From Stegostoma tigrinum (lineage: Eukaryota), in contig NC_081391.1 in NCBI RefSeq assembly GCF_030684315.1, forward strand, positions 20,048,629 through 20,112,628: 64,000 nucleotides of DNA, written 5' to 3'. This document shows, in pieces, positions 22,012 to 44,106 of this stretch. The position numbers were made by a program, and so were the translations under genes. Each line of letters opens with the position of its first letter. Within the stretch, counting starts at the first letter, position 1. The notes under the pieces are model-generated. The model worked only from the letters and a program-made list of their open reading frames with translations, was not told the origin of the DNA and ran no database searches.

Positions 22012-23373
22012 CAGAGATAATGGGAACTGCAGATGCTGGAGAATCCGAGAAAACAAAGTGTGGAGCTGGATGAACACAGCAGGTCAAGCAGCATCTTAGG
22101 AGCACAAAAGCTGACGTTTTGGGCCTAGACCCTTCATCAGCAAAGGGGGATGGGGGAAGAATTCTGAAATAAATAGGGAGAGGGGTAGGCGGACCGAAGA
22201 TGGATGGAGGAGAAGGTAGGTGGAGAGGAGAGTATGGGTGGGGAGGTAGGGAGGGGATAGGTCAGTCCGGGGAGGATGGACAGGTCAAAGGGGCCAGGTG
22301 AGGTTAGTAGGTAGGAAATGGAGGTGTGGCTTGAGGTGGGAGGAGGGTCTAGGTGAGAGGAAGAACAGGTTAAGGAGGCTGGGATGTGCTGGGCTGGTTT
22401 TGGGATGCAGTGGGAGGAGCGGAGATTTTGAAGCTGGTGAAAGCCACATTGATACCATTGGGCTGCAGAGTTCCCAAGTGGAATATGAGTTGCTGTTCCT
22501 GCAACCTATGGGTGGCATCATTATGGCACTGCAGGAGGACCAGGATGGACATGTTGTCACAGGAACGGCGGGGAGAGTTGAAATGGTGCACGACTGGGAG
22601 GTGCAGTTGTTTACTGCAAACTGAGCGTCGGTGTTCTGCAAAGCGGTCCCCAAGCCTCCGCTGTGTTTCCCCAATGTAGAGGAAGCCACGCCGTGTACAG
22701 CAGATGTAGTGTACCACATTGGCGGATGTGCAGGTGAACATCTGTTTGATGTGGAAAGTCATCTTGGGGCCTGGGATGGGGGTGAGGGAGGAGGTGTGGG
22801 GGCAGGTGTAGCACTTCCTGCGGTTGTAGCAGAAAGTGCTGGGTGTGGATGGGAGTGTGGAGCGAACAAGGATATCGCGGAGAGAATGGTCTCTCCGAAA
22901 GCAGACAATGGTGGGATAGAAAAATGTCTTTGGTGGTGGAGATGGATTGTAGATGGCAGAAGTGTCGGAGGACGATGCATTATATCCAGAGGCTAGTGGG
23001 GTGGTATGTGAGGACTAGGGGGATCCTCTTGGGGAAGTTATTGCGAGGGTAGTGTGTGAGGGATGAGTTGTGGGAAATGCGGGAGACACGATTGAGGACA
23101 TTCTCGCCCACTGCAAAGGGGGAAGTGGCGGTCCTGTAAGAACGAGGACATCTGGGATGTGCAGGAGTGGAATGCCTCTTCTTGGAGCAGATGGGGGAGA
23201 GGCAAAGGAATTGGGAATAGGGCATGGAGTTTTTGCAGGAAGGTGGGTTGGAGGAGGCGTATCACAGGTAGCTGTGGGAGTTGGTGGGCTCGAAATGGAC
23301 ATCGGTTTGTAGGTGGTTGCCTGCGATGGAGACAGAAAGTCCAGGAAGGTGAGGGATGTGTTGGAGATGGTCC
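22012..23373 (-). mobile_element. Penelope-like element (unit 2 copy)
   Basis: ORF 22370..22762 is a GIY-YIG domain near-identical to 1064..1456. Confidence 0.88.
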
Positions 23374-25083
23374 TTCCACCTTCAATGCTGTAATGCAAAT
23401 ACACCATGCAGTTCACTCACTCCTGCACCCTCTTTAGAAATGCACCTTTTATTTTGTATTGTCTCTACATGCTTTTCCCACCATTTTTTCTGTTTTGAAC
23501 TTCATCTGCCACTTGCTTGCCGATTTCACTGATATCGGTGCCCTTTTGAGGTTCTGCACCATGGTCCTCACTTGAAGTTTCTTATGTACAAACTCTGAAA
23601 TTGCATCCTTTATACCAGGACATAAGTCATTACTTTACTTTTGTAAAGCCTGGCTCCTCCCCATAACCCGTGGAACTCCACGACAAACCATCCCCCTCGT
23701 CCAAAGAGCATCCATTAGCATCACTTATGTTTCCAGTAACGCAGCCAACTCCGTATCCCTGTCACTGCGCTGCCATTGATTACAGGGGCTTGAACATAGT
23801 TCACAAATCTAACGTGTGGCACTGCATTACATGTCTTTAGGAAGCTCACGTAGACCACACGAACAACAGCCCTCTCGCCTAACTCGTCAAAATACTTGTG
23901 CTAGATAGCTAAAAGTGGTTTTCCTTTTGAGGAGATCTGGCATGGATCTCAAAAAGATTCATATTCATCCATATAACTATTATGCAATTTTCTACTCATC
24001 TCCATTAGTTCCTGTCTTCCACTCCCCAACATCACTCATGGAAATGACAGGCATCTACTCCATCACTTATCCCATTTGGAAACTGAATGAAAAGCTGATG
24101 CAAAAGGACAATGCATCTAGAAGTTGTTGCCTCTTCTCAGTGTTCATAATTTATTGCAGCTACTAATTTCCAATTTCAAAACAATTTCTCACACAGATTT
24201 AAGAGATCCACTCCCCATGCAAGTCCCCTAACCGGCCATTTCCACATACATGCTGTATGTGTTGCTGGGCTTCTATTCAAGCAGAGCTTCACAATGTTGG
24301 AGCTGTAAGAGTTTGCAAATAGGACCTCTCCTCAGCAATTTCTGTACCCTGTTCCCCTACTGAGAGCTTCACTTCAGACAAACAAGAGGTAAAGAAGTGA
24401 CCCAAACAATGATTGGCTGCTGTGTATATAAAGCTATTGGGAGGCATGGAAGGGTAGGAGGAAGTAAGTAGTAGTTGCGGGGGGAGAGGTGGTGGGGTAC
24501 AGAGTTGAAGAAGAAAGGCAGAAAAGCTTGGAATCCAACTCTGCCTCCTTTTATTATTCATCTGCTAAACCTCAGTCCCCAAAAAAGCAGAACAAATCCA
24601 CAAGCTGCAGCTGGGAGGTTGGGGCAGCCCTTGCCGTCTGCAAACTTAGAAAGAGTTCACTTAACCCTTGCTGCTGTTGGAAGAAGGGCAGGTGAGGACA
24701 GAGGAAGCACCTAGTGTCTAAAGTCATCCAGAGAGGAAAGTCATGTCACTAAGTGGTACACACCTGGAAGGCTAATGTAACACTAAAAAGGAAAGGGGAA
24801 ACACCTCATTTACAAATTTGCCATGAAAAAAATGTATGTTCCACATGTGCATAAAATTTATGCTACCTTTGGAGGAAGATATTGAAGTGAGTGAAATTTC
24901 TATTGTGGATTTTTTCAGTCAAGTTTCCTGGTTAGCTGTTGGTAATTTAGTTAGCTTAAAAAACAAAGATCCAAAATCCAGTTCCACAAAGACTTGTATT
25001 TCCATTTGGAATGGCAGACAGAAAAAGGCAAAGTGGTCATCAGAATTAGGTCAGGAATGGATAAATTTCTTCCATAACCCCAT

Positions 25084-28046
<2,963 letters not shown>

Positions 28047-28113
28047 CTTCACTATTCCTGCTCACAAGCACCAAGAAAACTCTAGAACTAAGCCTCTCAG
28101 CCACAAGCTCTTG

Positions 28114-28259
28114 TATTTAACCTCCTGGAACATCCTGCACTCAACCAGGGAATGACATCACCAATGATGATTGACAATCCCTGATAGCCAATCAGGCATC
28201 TCCATGAGTGCAGGAGCCAATGAAGGGCATGGGGTGGAATGAGATCCCCAGAGCCAATC
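28114..28259 (-). promoter_or_regulatory. Putative proximal promoter of A2
   Basis: Near-identical to 6958-7103. Confidence 0.6.
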
Positions 28260-29185
28260 AGAGCTTTGGAACTGAGGCATATTTGGAACATTCAGTGATT
28301 GTCGCTGACGAACAGGAGGTGGATGTTCTGCCCTGTCCTGCCACCCAATTGTGTCAAGCCTGGTCTGTTGCTTCCTTACGCTCTTCCTACATTGGTCCTG
28401 TGTTCCTGTCACACCATGAACGAACAAACATCCAACTGTCTCACATCTGAGCAGTTTATTTGTTCCCAATATTTCTGGGAAAAAGATTGCAGAGTTCTGA
28501 ATCCTTTTCCTGAGGAAATGATTCCTGGCACCTGCCCTGGATGGCCACAGCATAATGATGGCATTGTACTCCTTGGTCACGCTAAAATAATTTCTCTCCC
28601 TCTGGCTCCTCAAACCCGATTGTTATTTTCCAAACTTCAATTGTAGTCAGCCCTAAATCTTCATTACCCAAGTGAATGCAAGTACACTCTTTGCAAATTG
28701 TCCTCACAATTTAAGCCTGTTAGTCCTGGGATCGTTCTGGTGAATGCACACTGTAGCGCGACGATGGTGTTGTTGCTGTGCTAGTCACAGAGAGGCTCGG
28801 ATTAACACCACGAGGGCAATAAGTGCTGACCTTAGTCAGCAATGCCCTCGTCCCATGAATGAACTGAAGAAAACTATCATTGATTGCCTTGGAAATCAAT
28901 CTGGTTCACTGATATCTTTCAGGGAAGGAAATGGACTCCACGGCCTGTATATGACTACAGACCCACAGCAATATCACTGACTCCTAACTTGCGTCTGATA
29001 TGGTCAGAAACCTTTTAATTCAAGGGCAGTGAGAGAGGAGCGACGGGGCTTGGTCTTGCCAGTGACATTCTCCTCCATGAAATCATTTCAAAAACACTTG
29101 CTCCAAGGCCGATATATCAGAACTGAATACTGTTCTCCAGGTGGGGTTCACCCTACACTTTCCACCAGTGTAGCACAACCTTTCT

Positions 29186-29491
29186 GGTGGCTCGGTGATT
29201 AGTACTACTGCCCCGGAGCGCCGCAGACCTGGGTTCAATCCCATCTTCGAGTGGCCGTTTGTGCATTCTCCCTGGGGCTGTGTGGGTCCCCTTCAGAAGC
29301 TCTGGGTTCTTCCCACAGTCTAAAGACGTGCACAACAGGTGGACTGGCCGTGCTATGTTGCCTTTAGCAAGCAGGCTAGGTGGGTTAGCCATGGGGAAAT
29401 GTGGGGTTAGAAGGATGGGGTGGGCCTGGGTGCAATGCTCGTCAGAGGATCAGTGTGGGCTGAATGGCCTAGTTCCACACTGTAGGGATTC
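29186..29491 (+). mobile_element. HE1/V-SINE-like element (unit 2 copy)
   Basis: Paralog of 8030-8336. Confidence 0.8.
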
Positions 29492-30039
29492 ACTGATTTA
29501 TATTCCAGCTCCACTGCCTTGCAATGAACATTAAAATGCAATTAGCATTTTAAAAACATCTCATTTACTCTCTACAAGTTGTTAATAATTTCTGCACGCA
29601 GATCCCCAAACACACTCTGCGCCTATTTAGCTCCTCGCACTACACTATTTCAGAACACACTGATGTGTGTGTCTTGGTCTGAAGTACTCTTCCTCAGATT
29701 AAATTCTACTGGTCAATATTGTCTATTTGCTTTATTAGTGCCATCTGGTTCTGCGTGGCAGAGGCAGGTTTATTATTGGCAGTGTTCAAGAGGCACTGGG
29801 TAATTAAACAGGAACAACTTGCCAGTTTATAGGGAAAGGCAGAAGATTCACAGAAAGGGTAAAGTGCTCAGAGACCGAGTGCAAATGAGACAGTCTGATG
29901 GGCCGTCTTCTACAGTATGATAATGCTGTTGCGCTTCCATCAGGATGAGCTGGCTCACCTCCTCGGGAAACATGAAGACAACCAATGTGAATGAATTAAC
30001 TACCACTAGATCAAGGGCAGACTTTGAGACAAACCAAGA

Positions 30040-31385
30040 CATCAGTTGTTGGTAAAGTGTTGGAAAATGTTCCAAGAGATAGGATTTATAATCATCTAGA
30101 AAAGAATAATTTGATCAGGGATAGTCAGCACGGTTTTGTGAAGGGTAGGTCGTGCCTCACAATCCTTATTGCGTTCTTTGAGAAGATGACCAAACACATA
30201 GATGAGAGTAAACCGGTTGATGTGGTGTATATGGTTTTCAGCAATGCTTTCGATAAGGTTCCCCACATTAGGCTATTTACAAAATGCGGAGGAAAGGAAT
30301 TGTGGGAGATATAGCAGTTTGGATCAGAAATTGGCTTGCTGAAAGAAGACAGGGTGGTGGTTGATGGGAAATGTTCATCCTGGAGACCAGTTACTAGTGG
30401 TGTACCACAAGGGTCGGTGTTGGGTCCACTGCTGTTTGTCATTTTTATAAACGGCCTGGATGAGGGCGTAGATGGATGGGTTAGTAAATTTGCAGACGAC
30501 ACTAAGGTCGTTGGAGTTGTGGATAGTGACAAAGGATGTTGTAGGTTATAGAGACATAGATAGGTAAGCTGCAGAGCTGGGCTGAGAGGTGGCAAATGGA
30601 GTTTAATGCGGACAAGCGTGAGGTGATGCACTTTGGTAGAAGCAACCGGAATGCAAAGTACTGGGCTAATGGTAACATTCTTGGTAGTGTAGATGAGCAG
30701 AGAGATCTCGGTGTCCATGTACACAGATCCTTGAAAGTTGCCACCCAGGTTGACAGCGTTGTTAAGAAGGCATACAGTGTTTTAGCTTTTATTAATAGAG
30801 GGATCGAGTTCCGGAACCAAGAGGTTATGCTGCAGCTGTACAAAACTCTGGTGCGGCCGCACTTTGAGTATTGCATACAGTTCTGGTCACTGCATTATAA
30901 GAAAGATGTGGAAGCTTTGGAAAGGGTGCAGAGGAGATTTACTAGGATGTTGCCTGGTATGGAAGGAAGGTCTTACGAGGAAAGGCTGAGGGGCTTGAGG
31001 CTGTTTTCGCTAGAGAGAAGCAGGTTGAGAGGTGACTTAACTGAGACATAAGATAATCAGAGGGTTAGATAGGGTGGATAGCGAGAGCCTTTTTCCTAGG
31101 ATGGTGACAGCGAGCATGAGGGGGCATAGCTTTAAATTGAGGGGTGAAAGATATAGGACAGATGTCAGAGGTAGTTTCTTTACTCAGAGAGTAGTAAGGG
31201 TATGGAACGCTTTGCCTGCAACGGAAGTAGATTCGCCAACTTTAAGTACATTTAAGTCGTTGTTTGACAAGCATATGGACGTACATGGAATAGTGTAGGT
31301 TAGATGGGCTTCAGATTGGTATGACATGTCGGCACAACAGAGGGCCAAAGGGCCTGTACTGTGCCATAATTTTCTATGTTCTATA
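30040..31385 (+). mobile_element. CR1 LINE, 5'-truncated (unit 2 copy)
   Basis: Paralog of 8885-10221 with the same RT motifs. Confidence 0.93.
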
Positions 31386-32089
31386 AACATCTATCCCACG
31401 AGCTCCAGATTTAACCAGGAGCTGAAAAAAAAAACCAAACCCCATCCTCTCCAAGTCTGCTATTAGAAGGTCAGAGTAGAAGCTGATATCTTTTTATATC
31501 GGCTCACTAAAGCCTTAATTTAGGGAGGGTGGGGGTCTTAGCCTTTCTAAAAGAGAAATGACTTGCTGCCTGCCAGATGTAGTGTAAGGGAAGTCAGGTA
31601 CTGAGCAAAAAAACCCGAAATAGATGCTTCAAATGTGGGAAGCCTCTGAACATCTAAGGGATGAGTCAAGCTTTCCTCAAAAAGTAAATAGACACCACAA
31701 GAGTGCTTTTGACCTCTGGCTTTGAGAGATGATTTCAATATTTTATCAGTACTGCTGCAACATTTTGCTGAAGATAAACTTGGTTGCTCGTACTGCTGCA
31801 AACAAGGGGCAATTGCCCCATATATAGCCAAATGCTTGTCCACTCACTGACTCCAAGTATCTTTGGACAGTCATCCCTGTTGACATTATCCAGCTGGTCC
31901 AAGGAATTGGACCAAAGTCAGCAAACCATATCCAAGTTGTTGGGAATGGACAAAATCCTTGGAAGATATTGGATAGGCTTTGGGCTGCAGAATTACAGAA
32001 AGCTAGACAGCTTTGGTTCAATGATTTTTATTTCATATTCCAGTACAAGCAAAAGAGAATGCAAGGACCAAGTGATTGTAAAATCCCAC

Positions 32090-34262
<2,173 letters not shown>

Positions 34263-34327
34263 CTTCACACCTAATTACAAAAAGCAAACTCAAACAACAG
34301 CCTAACCCCACCGCCCATGAGCTCTAG

Positions 34328-34477
34328 TATTTATGTAAATGGGAATCTGCATTCCAACAGGAAGTTATCACCAATAGTGCTTGGCTATTAGGGATTTCCA
34401 ATCAGCAGGCTCCCATGAATACAGGCATTAATTAGGGAGAGGTGCTGGGGGGAGCTATGTACAAAGCAGAGCCAATC
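34328..34477 (-). promoter_or_regulatory. Putative B-type proximal promoter (B2); paralog at ~50738-50888
   Basis: CATAAATA at the TATA position and three CCAAT boxes. It lacks the TGACATCA site. Confidence 0.55.
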
Positions 34478-34644
34478 GGAGCAGTGGGAAACCAGCAGGT
34501 TTCAACAGTTTGGGCCATGGGAACAGGAGGAGACCATTCAGCCCCTCAAACCAATTTCAGTATTTAATTAGATCTTGGCTGGTCTGCTTCTCAGTTCCAT
34601 ATAAACTACCTTCTTCCATAAAGCGGAATCATAGAATCCCATCA

Positions 34645-34965
34645 CAAATTCACCAAAGATCCTCAGCTGGCACCTTCCAAGCAGATGACCATTTCCATCT
34701 AGACAGACAAGGGCAGCAGACACGTGAGACCACCACCAACTTCAAGCTCCCCTCCGAGCCACTCACCATCCCGACTTGGAAATATGTTGGCGTGCCTTCA
34801 GTGTCTCTGGGTGGAAATCCTGGAATTCCCTCTGTACGGCCATCGGGGTCGACATGGACTGCAGCGGTTCATGAAGGCAGCTGAACCCCACCTTCTCAAG
34901 GGGAATCTAGCAATGTACAACAAATGCTGGCCCAACCCATGACTGCCCTTGTCCCGCAAGTGAAT
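34645..34965 (+). mobile_element. LINE 3'-end fragment (shark CR1/L2-type tail shared with SINEs)
   Basis: CAAGGGCAGCAGA...CCACTCACCATCC.GACTTGGAAATAT...GGACTGCAGCGGTTCA.GAAGGCAGCT. A reverse copy lies at ~51945-52260. Confidence 0.55.
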
Positions 34966-35828
34966 ACTCAAAAAAATTACAGTGCCGTAGGAGGCACTGA
35001 GTGTAGATAGGTCAGCACAGACCTGATGTCTATGGCCCGAATGTCGATCTCTTTGTAATCCAGACAGTTCTGTGCCTGTCCACCAGCTCTTGCAATTTCT
35101 GCAGATGGATCCCATAACCTTATGGTGATCACCAATTCTGTTCCCCGAATTTCACCGTTTAGCTAATTTCTCTTTCTTGTTCCGAAGTGCATGGCCTCAC
35201 TCTTCCTCACATTGAGGCCTGCCTGCTGCTGTTTGCTCATTCATTTCAACAATGGCTTGTTGCAAACTTTCTGGTCCCATCCACACCATCCACTTTGTCG
35301 CTTAACTTTGTTTTGTCAGGAAATTTGGACATATATCTCTCGAGTCCTTCATCTACGTCAATCTGTCAATGTGAAACTGAAGCCCATGTGGAGATCCCTG
35401 GGAGTGAGAGTCAAATTTTGTCAATCAAAGTTGGCAGCCATTCTGTCAGCCACCTTCCCCCTTCCCAATTCCCAACCCATGTCCAACAGTAACTTCCTAT
35501 TGTACGCGCATGCATTTTTCCTAATTATGTCATGGATACTCGTCATTGTTGGAATTGATTTTAGTTGCTTTGACTGTTCTCAAACTGATAGCATCAGTCC
35601 TCCAGGTCAGAGCTCCCCAGTTCACCTTAGGGTTTGACGAGTTTGTAAATGAATATTTCTCCCTGTACATGATGTCGAATTAAATGACATCTGAAGGTTT
35701 GAAGCATCTCTCATCTGATCCAGAAGAGGTCAGGGACACTGACACTGATCACAGCAGTTGAGGATATTACCCTGCACGAGATAGCCTGCAGCAAATCTGC
35801 AAATCAACCAGTCCCACTGGGAAAACAG

Positions 35829-35921
35829 AGATAATGGGAACTGCAGATGCTGGAGAATCCAGGATAACAAAGTGTGGAGCTGGATGAACACAGCAGGCCC
35901 AGCAACATGTCAGGAGCACAA
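35829..35921 (-). mobile_element. Short Penelope terminal fragment with imperfect TSD; copy at ~53471-53563
   Basis: AGATAATGGGAACTGCAGATGCTGGAGAATCC..., flanked by CACTGGGAAAACAG and CACTGGGGGAAACAG. Confidence 0.75.
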
Positions 35922-37248
35922 CACTGGGGGAAACAGACAGGATGCCTCTATCGGAATCCTATCACTCCCATTGCTGTTAAGTTTCATGTAAAGCTTTATC
36001 CGATCAAGCTCAGGAGCTCTATCATCCATTCCTTCTTCTGTAAGGAAGTTGTCTGTTGGATTTCTCTCAGATTTGAGAAAAAAAATATGAAAAGCAGTAT
36101 TAATCTCAGGACGAGAATCAATTCTTTTGGTATTTCCTGACACCAGAAAATATAGTCCTTTCAATTTAGAGTGCAGGAAATTGTTGAACAAATTGCAGCC
36201 TGAGAATCTATGTCCAGTACCAGATTTAAGTCCTGCATGATAATGTCTCACTTCTGCACCCCTGCCCTCCTCAGGACTGACTCTGAGCACTGCAGTATAT
36301 GGAAAATCACTGTTCAGTTAGTTTGCGACATCCAGGGTAAGCACCAGGATTCCTTACTCATTTAATTGCATGCTTGTGACAAAAAAAAATGGGAGCCAGC
36401 GTCCACGTGGCGGACTCCCAGTGCAATGGCCACCTACCTCTGTACAACAGAGACTCTATCACTGGTGTGTCTCGCAAGCCAGCCGGCAAGCAGGCTGTTG
36501 TTTGGATAATGAGTGCTTTCCTGAAGTTTGGCAGAGGGCACAGTTGTTTGTCATAAACTCAGCTGTGTTAGCTGTTAATTGCCAGTGCCGAGGGCAGAAA
36601 GTAAAAGGAAGCATCAGCCCACCCACTATTAAACTTGGGGAAAAAAAAAGAGAGTTTTCTAACCACGTGCCAGCAGAATGTATTTCACATGTGCACCAAC
36701 TACATTGCTGAGATGCTCGAGTCACACGTAGGCCAGATCAGGTAATGGTAGCAGATTTCACTCCTCATGAAAGATTAGTCAAACAGAAGAATGGTAGATA
36801 TGCAAAACTGTCAGATAGTAAACTGCCCTGATACACCGGCTGTCTCTTTAGGTCTTTAAGGATTCTGCAAGCTCTCAGCTCACATTTGGAAGAAAGTTGA
36901 GCACTGGCTGCCAAACCTCAGTAAAGTAAGGAACTGCAAAAGCATGTTTAAGAGAAGTGTTGTGTAGTGACAGCATCGCTAGACCAGGGTGGTCAGATTT
37001 GAGCCCCACCTGAGAGGTGATTAACATCCAAAAATGAATTGATTAGCAGAGGGTTCAACTGTGTCAAAAGGTGACAGAAGCACCTGCCATACAACCTAGA
37101 TATGATGGATCTGAACAAAAATCAGTTATTCAATTTCACTAAAAGTGTTTCTTCATTATGGAGATTTTATTTTCCAATTCAACAAGGGTAGATAAAGTTT
37201 CTAAAAGACTAATCCATTCACAGCACTGATGGGATTCTAAAATCCCAC

Positions 37249-39567
<2,319 letters not shown>

Positions 39568-39634
39568 TGTCACTATTCCTGCTCACTATCACCGAGACAG
39601 CTCTCATATCAAGTCTTTGTACCACAAGCTCCAG

Positions 39635-39760
39635 TATTTATACTCCTGGGACATCCTATGTTCAACGAGGGAATGACATCACCAATGATGACTGACATTC
39701 CCTGAAAGCCAATTCGGAATCTCCCATGAATTTAGCCCCGCCTCTGCCCTCCCACCAATT
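39635..39760 (-). promoter_or_regulatory. Putative D-type proximal promoter (D2); paralog at ~56902-57027
   Basis: TATAAATA at 39635-39642, TGACATCA, three CCAAT boxes and a GC box. Confidence 0.7.
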
Positions 39761-42700
39761 AGAGAGAGGGTGTGGGTGTATGAGGCAGAGCTGATCAGAG
39801 GTGCAGATTGTTGTCAAGTCTGGATGGTTATTCTGTGATTGGATCAGCAGTCGGTCATTTAGAATCTCCAATCTGCTGGAACTCTCTATCGGGCCATGGT
39901 TAGTTTGAAAAATAAAACTAGATTTGGATTTGGAAAGCTTTTCTTTTTAAACTAAGCTTGTTGTGACCAACTGCGAGAGGTGCTCAATGAAGGAGAATCA
40001 GTTTCTGCTGGGATATTGGAGAGAAAGGTAGGAGATTGGTAGTAGTTCCTAGAAATTTGTAACAGAAACAAACAGGACAAAGACAGGAAAGATGTTTCTG
40101 GTGACCAATGCGCCCAGAACCAAGGGTCACTGTCTAAGGATATAGAGTAGACTGTTTGGGATTGAGTTGAGGAGAAATGTCTTCAGCCAGACAGTGGGGA
40201 GTCTGTTGTATTCTGTGGGAAGGAAACAGTTGAGGCCAAAAGACTGAAGGTTTTGAAGAGTTAGATGTAGCTGATAGGGCTATGGGGATCAAAGGGTATG
40301 GAGAGAGAGTGTGAAGATGGTACGGAGTTAAGGGATTACCCATCATCATATGGAATGTCAGAGCAGGCTGGAAGGGCTGTATCAAAATGGTTCATAATTT
40401 TGAACATTTCAATCAGGTCATCTTTTAATCGTCTCTGCTCCAAGGAGATAAGGCCAATTTTTAAAATCTTTCCTGGTATCATTCCAGCAAATCTCCTTTG
40501 CACCATGTCCAGGGCTTTAATGCCCTCCCTTTGAAACAGTGCCCAGAATTGAACACAATACTCTAATGCGGTCTGACCAATGGTGTGTAGTGGTGTAGCG
40601 TTACTACCTTGGTTTTATACTCCATGGCTCTCCTTAAAAACACAAGATTCCTATAAGCCTTCTTCATGACTGTTTCATCTTGCCTGGCCACCTTCAGGGA
40701 ATTGTAGTTTTAAATCCTGAGGGCTCCCTGCTCCTGTACTCACCTTGACGTTGTTCCATTGTACCTGTATTATCTCTTCATGTCTCCATGTTTCTTCGAC
40801 CAAAATGCATTTCTTGCATTTTTTTGTGTTGAAATTATAAAGTGATTGCCAACATCAAATCTTACCCAATAAAAATCAAGAGATGCAAATTTTGAAGTCT
40901 TCAACTGACACCGGACATGTGTGTGTGTCCACTACCCACTATCCTTTCTGTGAAGAGGCTGTTTCTGACATTATCCTGGGCCGTTTAGCACTAATTTGAA
41001 GATTCTATATCCGTTCCATACCTTAAGTCCTAGAAGACCCATTGAGAAGAAACAATTCCTCTGAATCTACCCTGTCAAGTCCATTAATGGTCTTAAAACT
41101 TTCAAGTACTGCCATCTCTTAACCTTCCATACTGAGGGACTCGGGCAAGCTGCCATCATCATTTAACCAGCTCTTTATCTCTGAGTTGATTCTGGAAATT
41201 CTCGGCTGCACCATCTTCAGGCCCAACCTGCCGAAAATGAGATCTCCAGGGATGGTTGAACCAGAACTTGACAATTTCATAAAAAACTCCACCCAGAGGT
41301 GTTCAAATCCCTTAGAGATCAGGACTGACATTGAATTAATTTCTTTGTTCAGTGTTTTTATATCTCGTCTCTAGTTTCAATACATTTCTGTCCACTTGTC
41401 TCAGTTTCATTTTGATCATTAGTTTTGACAACCCAGCAGAAGATGTCCCCATTTCTAAAACACTCTGGCTCACCTTTCTTGGTCAGGAGTGGATAACTTC
41501 GCACTTCCCCTTATTGAACTGTATCAGCCAGTCTTCCCCACTCCATGGAAGTTTGAAACATTCCACTGTCATGATAAAGTGCCACTTGATGTAATGCCAT
41601 CAGCAAATATTTGAATTGTAGCTGTCCATTTCTTCATCTCGAACACTTATAATCCAAGGAAAATTTAAGGCCCCAGTTTCTCTCCTTGGGGAAAGTAATC
41701 ACATCTTGCTTTTTCTTTTATTACCTCATGGGATGAAGGTGTTGTTGGCTGGCCCAGCATTTATTGTACTTCCCTAATTATTATTGTCTTCTTGAATTGC
41801 TGTTGTCCATTTGGTGCAGGGAGATCCATAATGCCATTTTGGACAGAATTCCAGGATTCAGATGGTATGACTGTAGATTGAGTTTTGCCTCATGAGCTTC
41901 ATTGAGTATTTTGAAGATTTGATGTAGAGCAATGATGAGGGCAGAGTGGTGGGCGTGATCTACATGGACTGCAATGAAGCGTTTGACAATGTTGCTCATA
42001 GTAAGCTGTTTAGCAAAGTGAGATCACATGGAATCCAGGGAGAATTATCCATTTGGATACAGAAATGGCTCAAAAGTGGAAGGCACAGGGTGCCGGTAGA
42101 GGCAACAAAGTGTGGAGCCGGAGGAACACAGCAGGCCAGGCAGCATCAGAGGAGCAGAAAAGCTGATGTTTCGGGTTGAGACCCTTAAGAAATTGGGAGG
42201 GGGAGGGGAAGCTCAGAAATAAGGAGGAGGGGTGGGACTGGGGATGGTAGGTGGGATGGTGATGGGTGAGTGCAGATAGGGAGTGGTCAGTGAGGTGGGA
42301 GAGAAGGCCAAGGAGGTGGGGATTGGTCATGGGATGAGGACACTTTGAAGTTAATAAGGTTAATAAGGTCCACATTTAGTGTCTTGGGCTATAAGCTCCC
42401 AAGGCAGAATATGAGGTGCTACTCCTCTAGTTTGAGGATGACATTGGTGTGATACTGGAGGATGCCCAAGATGGACAGGTCAGCCATGGAGTGGGAGGGG
42501 GGGGTGGAAGTTAAAACATTTTGTGATTGGAAAGTGTTGTTGTTTGTTGCTCATTGAGCGCAGATGCTCCAGAGAAACTGTCTCCCTCATGGTGGCTACA
42601 TTGGGTGCAGCCGATACAATAGACCAACTTGAAACAGGTGCAGGTGATCTGTGTCTGATGCCGAAGGTTTGTTAGTTTTTATTTTGAATGGAGACACGGG

Positions 42701-43101
42701 GTGGATGTGGTGGTGGGGCGAGGGGGTCAGGGAATGGTGTAGCTGTTCCTGCAGTTGCAGGGAACAGGGCTGGGGTTAATGGGGAGTACAGAGTGGATGA
42801 GTGAGTGGCAGGGACACCAGCGTAGAGGTACTGGGGTGTCCACAGTAAGAGGGGCTATGCCTGCTTCTGTCGGATATGTGGAACAGTCCCTCTTCTGCTG
42901 CTCCACTGGCACTATCCCCTACCTTTTCCTTACTCAAAGATTGAAAGTAAATAGCCAGCTACATTGCTGTGTGGGTGGTGAGTCAGCTGTCGGCCAACTG
43001 CTTTCCTTCCCTGAAAGGGTTAGAAAAGTTTAGAACTGCTGAGAGTTGGTCTTTCTGCAAATTAAGTGAAGTGTCTCTTCTACTCTGACCCGCCCCAACC
43101 G

Positions 43102-43166
43102 AAGCCGAGATGCTATGAAGGGAACTCTGCAGATAAAGAAGGTGAACCAGAGTCTCCCGGATCCCC
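43102..43166 (+). pseudogene. Inverted orphan ferritin exon-3 relic (unit 2 copy)
   Basis: Paralogous to 17797-17866 (GGAACTCTGCAGATAAAGAAGGTGAACCAGAGTCTC) and more degraded. Confidence 0.7.
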
Positions 43167-44106
43167 TTGTCTACAAATGTAGCTTTAATTGCACCAGCTG
43201 TCCTCAGCAGTTGATTGCTGGAGCAAGAACAGGGACTATGCCACGTTTGTCCCACACGCGACAAGGTGGGCATTGAGGATAGGAGACACTGTTACAGGAG
43301 AGAGCAGATTCCTCACTCAGTCTCCTACAGTGGAGACTTGTTAGAAAATCCAATTCCTTAGCTTGGGAAACGAGAACAGTGGTGTATTGCTTGCCCAAAG
43401 AAGCATGGAGAAAAAGCAACTTGCATGCCAGATGCTATTGCTGTTACAGTCTTATTAAGGAATATTTTGAATGCTTAGATTCTACCAGTAAAGTTAACAG
43501 AATATTACTGGCAAAACTGAGGCCTGGCAGCACCTGGAGACAGACTTCAGTTGTGGAGTCACCAGGCTCAAAGATTAACTGGTTTAATCAACACACATCC
43601 AGAGTTTCACCTGCACCTACCCCGCCACCCCGCAAACCCCAGCAATTTCTATTTTGTTTGATCCCAGCTTTTAGGAAAGTTGGAGCATTGCTCGGGACAG
43701 GGCACCAGTTAAGTGGCTAACAGTTAGATAGAGTGGAGCAATTTTGGTGAAGCTATTCACGAGAGACTACTCTTACAGAATTGTCACAGTGAGGACAAGA
43801 CAGATAGTGAGCATTGCGAACAAGCCAAAAGCTTAACAGTTGTGATTTCCGCAACAATTACTCACTTCAAAAATTCTCCTGGCTCTGGATTCAGAAACTG
43901 AACAAAAATTGCCAGGGCAAGCATCGATTCAATGCAGAGAGCAAAAAGCCGAAGGGACTGAATAATCAGATAATAAACAGCCAAATAAATGAAGCAGTCA
44001 CTCAAAGTCGTCAGATACATGGGCAATGTTTTCATTGACTTTTTTGTGCACTCTGCACTTGCACTAGAACACCAGTGTGCAACAGATGGAGTTGTTGAAT
44101 CCCCAT

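Noticed and set aside
34263-34268. Upstream in-frame GTG giving an MKMASQ N-terminal extension
   Set aside because: This is an artefact of the ORF caller's alternative starts. The ATG has a purine at -3 and matches the ferritin start.
35187-36290. ORFs of 100-150 aa conserved between units 2 and 3
   Set aside because: There is no recognisable domain, frames differ between copies, and the region overlaps repeat fragments. Conservation reflects recent duplication.
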